Source: an uncultured Pseudomonadota bacterium (GTDB lineage Bacteria; Pseudomonadota; Alphaproteobacteria; RF32; CAG-239). From it: a DNA stretch of 64,000 nucleotides. Both the position numbers and the translations under genes were made by a program. The notes beneath the pieces are model-generated. The model ran no database searches, was not told the DNA's origin, and was given only the letters and a program-made list of their open reading frames with translations. Position 1 is the stretch's first letter. Each line of letters begins with the position of its first letter. Where the stretch lies: positions 5,357-69,356 of the forward strand of contig CACWKS010000004.1 in the NCBI GenBank assembly GCA_902761535.1, written 5' to 3'. Below, piece by piece: positions 60,190 through 64,000 of the stretch.

Positions 60190-61098
60190 ATGTTAGATGA
60201 TTTTCGAGATGAAGATGTTAATAATTCAGGCGAATTTTTGGATGAATTTCGCCAAAGGTTGAATTCGCAACCGGTTGAAAATATTAATGATAAGCGAGCA
60301 ACAGTCGGACGTTCACAGCAAATTTTTGTAAGCGCGGTTTTAGGAATAGGTTTGGCCGGATTGGTAAGTTGGTTTATTTTTTCTCCGGAGTATTCAAAGA
60401 TTGAAAATGTAGAGATTCCGATTGTGCGCAAGCCTCAAACGGCTATTAAAGTTCAGCCGGCTGATCCGGGAGGAATGGAGGTTCTTGATCAAGATAAGAC
60501 AGTTTATGATATTGTTGAAAAAAAGAGTGATGCGGAAGCAAAAGTAGAGAATTTATTGCCTCCTCCGGAAGATCCAGTTGTACCGGAAATTCAACAGGTA
60601 TCAGAAAATGTGGAAATGGTTGAAGATAAAACAGGTGATATTGCTCAAGAGGCTGAAAGAATTTTATCGGAAAAAGAGCAGGTTGGCGGTGTTGAGATTG
60701 TAAATCAAAATGTAGTTGAAAAAGAAATTGATCTGCCCAATAAACCTAAAATTGAAAAAGTTGAAGTGCCGGTTGTGCAGACTAAAGATGAATTTGTAAA
60801 CAAAGTTAAGCAAGAGACAATTGCTATGGAAAGCAAAGAAGAAATTCCATCGGGCAGATGGCAAGTTCAGCTTATATCATCACCTAATTCATCGGCGGTG
60901 GATAAAGCTTGGAAGGATTTGAAACGCAAGTATTCGGTGTTAGAAGCATTGCCTCATGAAACAGAGACTGCGGACTTGGGAAGCAAAGGTTTATTTTATC
61001 GTTTGATGGTAGGATCTTTTATTGATCGTGGAGATGCGGATAAATTATGTAATACAATTAAGAATTCCGGCGGAACTTGTTTAGTGAAGAAAAAGTAA
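60190..61098 (+). CDS. SPOR-domain protein (septal peptidoglycan binding).
   Basis: One TM helix. C-terminal SPOR domain (WQVQLISSPNSSAVDKAW...LFYRLMVGSF). Confidence 0.75.
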   Translation: MLDDFRDEDVNNSGEFLDEFRQRLNSQPVENINDKRATVGRSQQIFVSAVLGIGLAGLVSWFIFSPEYSKIENVEIPIVRKPQTAIKVQPADPGGMEVLDQDKTVYDIVEKKSDAEAKVENLLPPPEDPVVPEIQQVSENVEMVEDKTGDIAQEAERILSEKEQVGGVEIVNQNVVEKEIDLPNKPKIEKVEVPVVQTKDEFVNKVKQETIAMESKEEIPSGRWQVQLISSPNSSAVDKAWKDLKRKYSVLEALPHETETADLGSKGLFYRLMVGSFIDRGDADKLCNTIKNSGGTCLVKKK

Positions 61099-61763
61099 TG
61101 GTTATTAATGCAATTCTGACTTTTATTGCAGTTTTTGTTTCTTTGATAGTTCATGAGGTGGCTCATGGATATATTGCCTTAAAATTCGGAGATGACACAG
61201 CTGAAAGACATGGTCGCTTGTCGTTCAATCCGATAAAGCATATTGATTATTTTGGGACGATAATTTTACCGTTACTGTTATTTTTTTCAAAAATGGGATT
61301 TGTTTTCGGGTGGGCAAAACCGGTTCCGATTGATTATGATAAATTGAAGCAAAAAAAAATCGGAATTATTTTAACATCAATGGCCGGAGTGTTGGCTAAT
61401 ATTTGTTTAGCAATAATTTTTGCATTATTGTTAAAAATTATATTGTTTTTACCTCGTTTTTCAACTGATGGTTGGTTGGCAATGTTTTGTTTTCAAATGA
61501 TTTTTATAAATTCTGCGTTAGCAGTTTTCAATTTGTTACCAATTCCTCCGTTGGATGGGGCGAGGATATTTTTTGGTTGGGCTAAAAACCGCTGGGCGAG
61601 GAAGTATATGAGTCTGGAAAATTACGGATTGTCGGCAGTAGTGATTTTAATGTTTATTTTGCCTGCAGTGTTATTAGCTTTTGATGTTAAATTTAATCCT
61701 TTGGTTTCTTTGGTAAAATTTGTAACTACGTGGTTAATGAGACTGATTATACAAGGCATATAA
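61077..61763 (+). CDS. Site-2 protease-family (M50) membrane metalloprotease.
   Basis: HEVAHG HExxH in a TM helix. NLLPIPPLDG motif. Confidence 0.8.
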   Translation: MFSEEKVMVINAILTFIAVFVSLIVHEVAHGYIALKFGDDTAERHGRLSFNPIKHIDYFGTIILPLLLFFSKMGFVFGWAKPVPIDYDKLKQKKIGIILTSMAGVLANICLAIIFALLLKIILFLPRFSTDGWLAMFCFQMIFINSALAVFNLLPIPPLDGARIFFGWAKNRWARKYMSLENYGLSAVVILMFILPAVLLAFDVKFNPLVSLVKFVTTWLMRLIIQGI

Positions 61764-61765
61764 CT

Positions 61766-62836
61766 ATGAAAAAAAAGCGTTTAGCATCTTTTTTATCTTG
61801 TGAAGGGCAGAAACTTACAGATGCAGAAAAACGGTTGTTTGAAAAATTCATTCCGGTCGGTGTTACTTTATTTTCACGAAATATCAATAATATTGAGCAA
61901 ATGAAAAAGCTTGTTAGAGAAATAAAAGAAATATCAGGTGATGATACACTAATTGCGGTTGATCAAGAAGGCGGAAGAGTTCGCAGATTAAAAGAGCCTG
62001 ACTTTATGAGTTATGCAGCGCAATCGCAAATAGGGAGTTTGCCATTAAATAAGGCATTGAAAATGGCAAAATTGCATGCAAGATTGATAAGTAACGATTT
62101 AAAAAAATTAGGAATAGATATAAATTTTGCACCAGTTTTGGATATTATGAGAGAAGATACGACAGATGCTTTGAGGAGTCGTTGTTTTTCAGATGATGGT
62201 AAAAGGGTAGCAAGATTAGGTAAAATTTCAGTTGACGAATATATAAAGTCGGGAATTATTCCATGTATTAAACATATGCCGGGGCATGGCAGGGCAGTTT
62301 GTGATCCGCATTTGGGTTTGCCCATCATAAATGACAGTTTGGAAAATTTAATGAATGATTTTATGCCTTTTAGAGAGTGTAATTATGCTCCTATGGGAAT
62401 GACTGCACATATTTTATTAAAAGGATTGGGATATAATTATCCGATAACGCAATGTGTAATAGGTATTAAAGATATTATTCGTGGCATTATAGGTTTTGAT
62501 GGATTTTTGATTTCTGATGCAATAGATATGAATGCTTTGCAAGGTGATGTTGTTGAACGCGCGAAGCTTGCTTTAAGTGCAGGATGTGACAGCGTTTGTT
62601 ATTGTATGGGAAAAATTGATGAAATGAGCTATTTATCGGAAAATTGTCCCCAATTATCTGATGAAGCGTTACTACGACTGGACAAAGCCAAACAAATCTT
62701 ACATAATAAATGTGTTATTAATGACGCAAAAGACAAAGAACTGTATAGTTTAATGTGTTGTCAAATTAGTGCTTATGATGAAAAATATGATGCGACAGAG
62801 GTGTTGCATAAAATGCAAAGGAAATCACAATGTTAA
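61766..62836 (+). CDS. nagZ: Beta-N-acetylhexosaminidase NagZ (GH3). The ORF opens at 61730.
   Basis: GH3 motifs (IAVDQEGGRV, KHMPGHG). Confidence 0.85.
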   Translation: MKKKRLASFLSCEGQKLTDAEKRLFEKFIPVGVTLFSRNINNIEQMKKLVREIKEISGDDTLIAVDQEGGRVRRLKEPDFMSYAAQSQIGSLPLNKALKMAKLHARLISNDLKKLGIDINFAPVLDIMREDTTDALRSRCFSDDGKRVARLGKISVDEYIKSGIIPCIKHMPGHGRAVCDPHLGLPIINDSLENLMNDFMPFRECNYAPMGMTAHILLKGLGYNYPITQCVIGIKDIIRGIIGFDGFLISDAIDMNALQGDVVERAKLALSAGCDSVCYCMGKIDEMSYLSENCPQLSDEALLRLDKAKQILHNKCVINDAKDKELYSLMCCQISAYDEKYDATEVLHKMQRKSQC

Positions 62837-62991
62837 CATGGATTTTAATAATTTTTGTTTTAGCTCTGATTTTTGGAGTTATTAAGGTTGAGACTTTAAA
62901 AGGATTGTGGAAAAAAATTGTCGATTTTGTTAAAGAAGGCTTAGATAAAAATGATTCTTCGGAAGATAAACAAAATAAAAAAAGTAAATAA
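62830..62991 (+). CDS. Unannotated 53-aa single-pass membrane protein with a TatA-like architecture (TM helix plus amphipathic helix). Below the ORF-track cutoff.
   Basis: AAAGGA SD. MLTWILIIFVLALIFGVIKVETLKGLWKKIVDFVKEGL... The start overlaps the nagZ stop. Confidence 0.3.
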   Translation: MLTWILIIFVLALIFGVIKVETLKGLWKKIVDFVKEGLDKNDSSEDKQNKKSK

Positions 62992-63089
62992 AATATCGAA
63001 AAAATTGTGGATTTTTAATAAATTATATGTTATAATGTAATTAATCTGTAGAATTGCAGATTGTGTTTAATTCATTAAGGAGAACCCTT

Positions 63090-63497
63090 ATGAGTGTAGG
63101 TTCTGCGCGTAAAGTAAGTTTGTCGTCGCCGAACAGAGTGATGACGAGCAGTAATCGTTCCCAATCGGTTGAAGATATCGATACGAGGAACAACGTTTTG
63201 GTTCGTGATGATGGACAAGAAGGTTCGTCTGAGCGAAGGTCTTTTGATTCTCAACAAAAAAATGAAAAATTTTCTTATGAACCAAGCATAGCAACAAGTT
63301 TGGATGCGTTAGCTATGTCTGGAATTATCGAAGAAAATTCTAATGAAGTTTCATCCGGTAATAGCAGAAACATAAATGTCTATTCAAGCAATCAGTCGAT
63401 TGTCAGAGATGAAGATGTTGAGAGAATCGGAAGAAGCTACCTAAAACGTTTTTATGAAAAAAATGAGCCGATAGAAGATGTCAATGAATTAGTATGA
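63090..63497 (+). CDS. Ser-rich, predicted disordered hypothetical protein. The ORF opens at 63054; the start with an SD is 63090.
   Basis: AAGGAG 7 nt upstream of the ATG. Local GC visibly above the window background. No TM helix or signal peptide. Confidence 0.5.
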   Translation: MSVGSARKVSLSSPNRVMTSSNRSQSVEDIDTRNNVLVRDDGQEGSSERRSFDSQQKNEKFSYEPSIATSLDALAMSGIIEENSNEVSSGNSRNINVYSSNQSIVRDEDVERIGRSYLKRFYEKNEPIEDVNELV

Positions 63498-63499
63498 CG

Positions 63500-64000
63500 T
63501 TAGTAAACATCGTACATGACTGCTTGAAGCTCATCAAAATCAACTTTTTCTACCTCTTGTCTGATGGTAGGAATAAAGTCTTGTTGTACCAGATTTATGG
63601 CATTTTCAATAGATTTTGAAAAAGAGAAAGAATCGGCTCCGCCATGGCTTTTAACCGAAAGTCCGTTAAGACCAATAAACATTGCACCATTATAAAGACG
63701 AGGATCCATAATCTTTTTAACTTTCCATAAAGCCGGAAGCATAAGGAGCAATCCCAGTTTTGCTAAAAGAGATTTCTTAACAGCGTTTTTAAACATATGG
63801 ACAAGCTGTTTGGCTGTTCCTTCAATAGATTTCAGAGCTATATTTCCGGTAAAACCATCTGCTACAATTACGTCAGCAAGTCCCTTTTGGATGTCGTGAG
63901 GCTCAATATAGCCGATAAAATCCATGTCTAGGTGTGAATTTTTAATCATTTGAGCTGCTTGTTTTATCTCTTCACGACCTTTCATTTCTTCTGCCCCAAT
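63500..64000 (-). CDS. plsX: Phosphate acyltransferase PlsX, 3' part. The gene continues beyond the window end.
   Basis: GFTGNIALKSIEGTAK motif. The ORF is open to the window edge. Confidence 0.8.
   Translation of the reverse strand: MGAEEMKGREEIKQAAQMIKNSHLDMDFIGYIEPHDIQKGLADVIVADGFTGNIALKSIEGTAKQLVHMFKNAVKKSLLAKLGLLLMLPALWKVKKIMDPRLYNGAMFIGLNGLSVKSHGGADSFSFSKSIENAINLVQQDFIPTIRQEVEKVDFDELQAVMYDVY

Noticed and set aside
1-64000. CRISPR arrays, insertion sequences, integrases or prophage remnants.
   Set aside because: I found no regularly spaced direct repeats with unique spacers, and no transposase- or integrase-like ORF. The only repeats are the short palindromic intergenic elements reported above.

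Overview
This 64 kb window looks like core chromosome from a low-GC (about 35%) alphaproteobacterium with Rhizobiales-like gene order. The order seen is rpsT–dnaA, recF–dnaN, mnmE–mnmG–rsmG–parA–parB, rho, coaE–dnaQ, GapR (DUF2312), a truncated alphaproteobacterial HprK beside tsaE, and NPr/EIIA-Man elsewhere. Coding density is high and most genes are housekeeping. I found no integrase, transposase, CRISPR array, rRNA or tRNA. The parts that stand out are listed below.
- An envelope and secreted-protein islet at about 39.4–42.9 kb. It holds an HExxH secreted protein, two small exported proteins, an Omp25-like beta-barrel, and an orphan type IV pilin-like protein with a class III signal peptide. 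No pilus machinery is nearby.
- A family of imperfect palindromic intergenic repeats at 50.4 kb and 55.9 kb, with a possible third copy at 21.8 kb.
- An unannotated 44-aa Cys-tailed peptide gene at 15301–15435. It has a strong SD and its own terminator, and sits between lolA and a CcrM-like orphan methyltransferase.
- A cluster of CGAATC (GANTC) sites in the dnaA leader.
- A membrane-anchored protein with PAS domains only and no kinase domain.
- An orphan 408-aa protein behind a near-consensus sigma70 promoter, with a Cys-nucleophile alpha/beta-hydrolase-like signature.
- An XRE-family gene interrupted by an in-frame TAA, preceded by a structured region that could be an ncRNA.
- A GC-rich, Ser-rich disordered protein near plsX.
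All function calls come from motif recognition by eye. None has been checked against a database.
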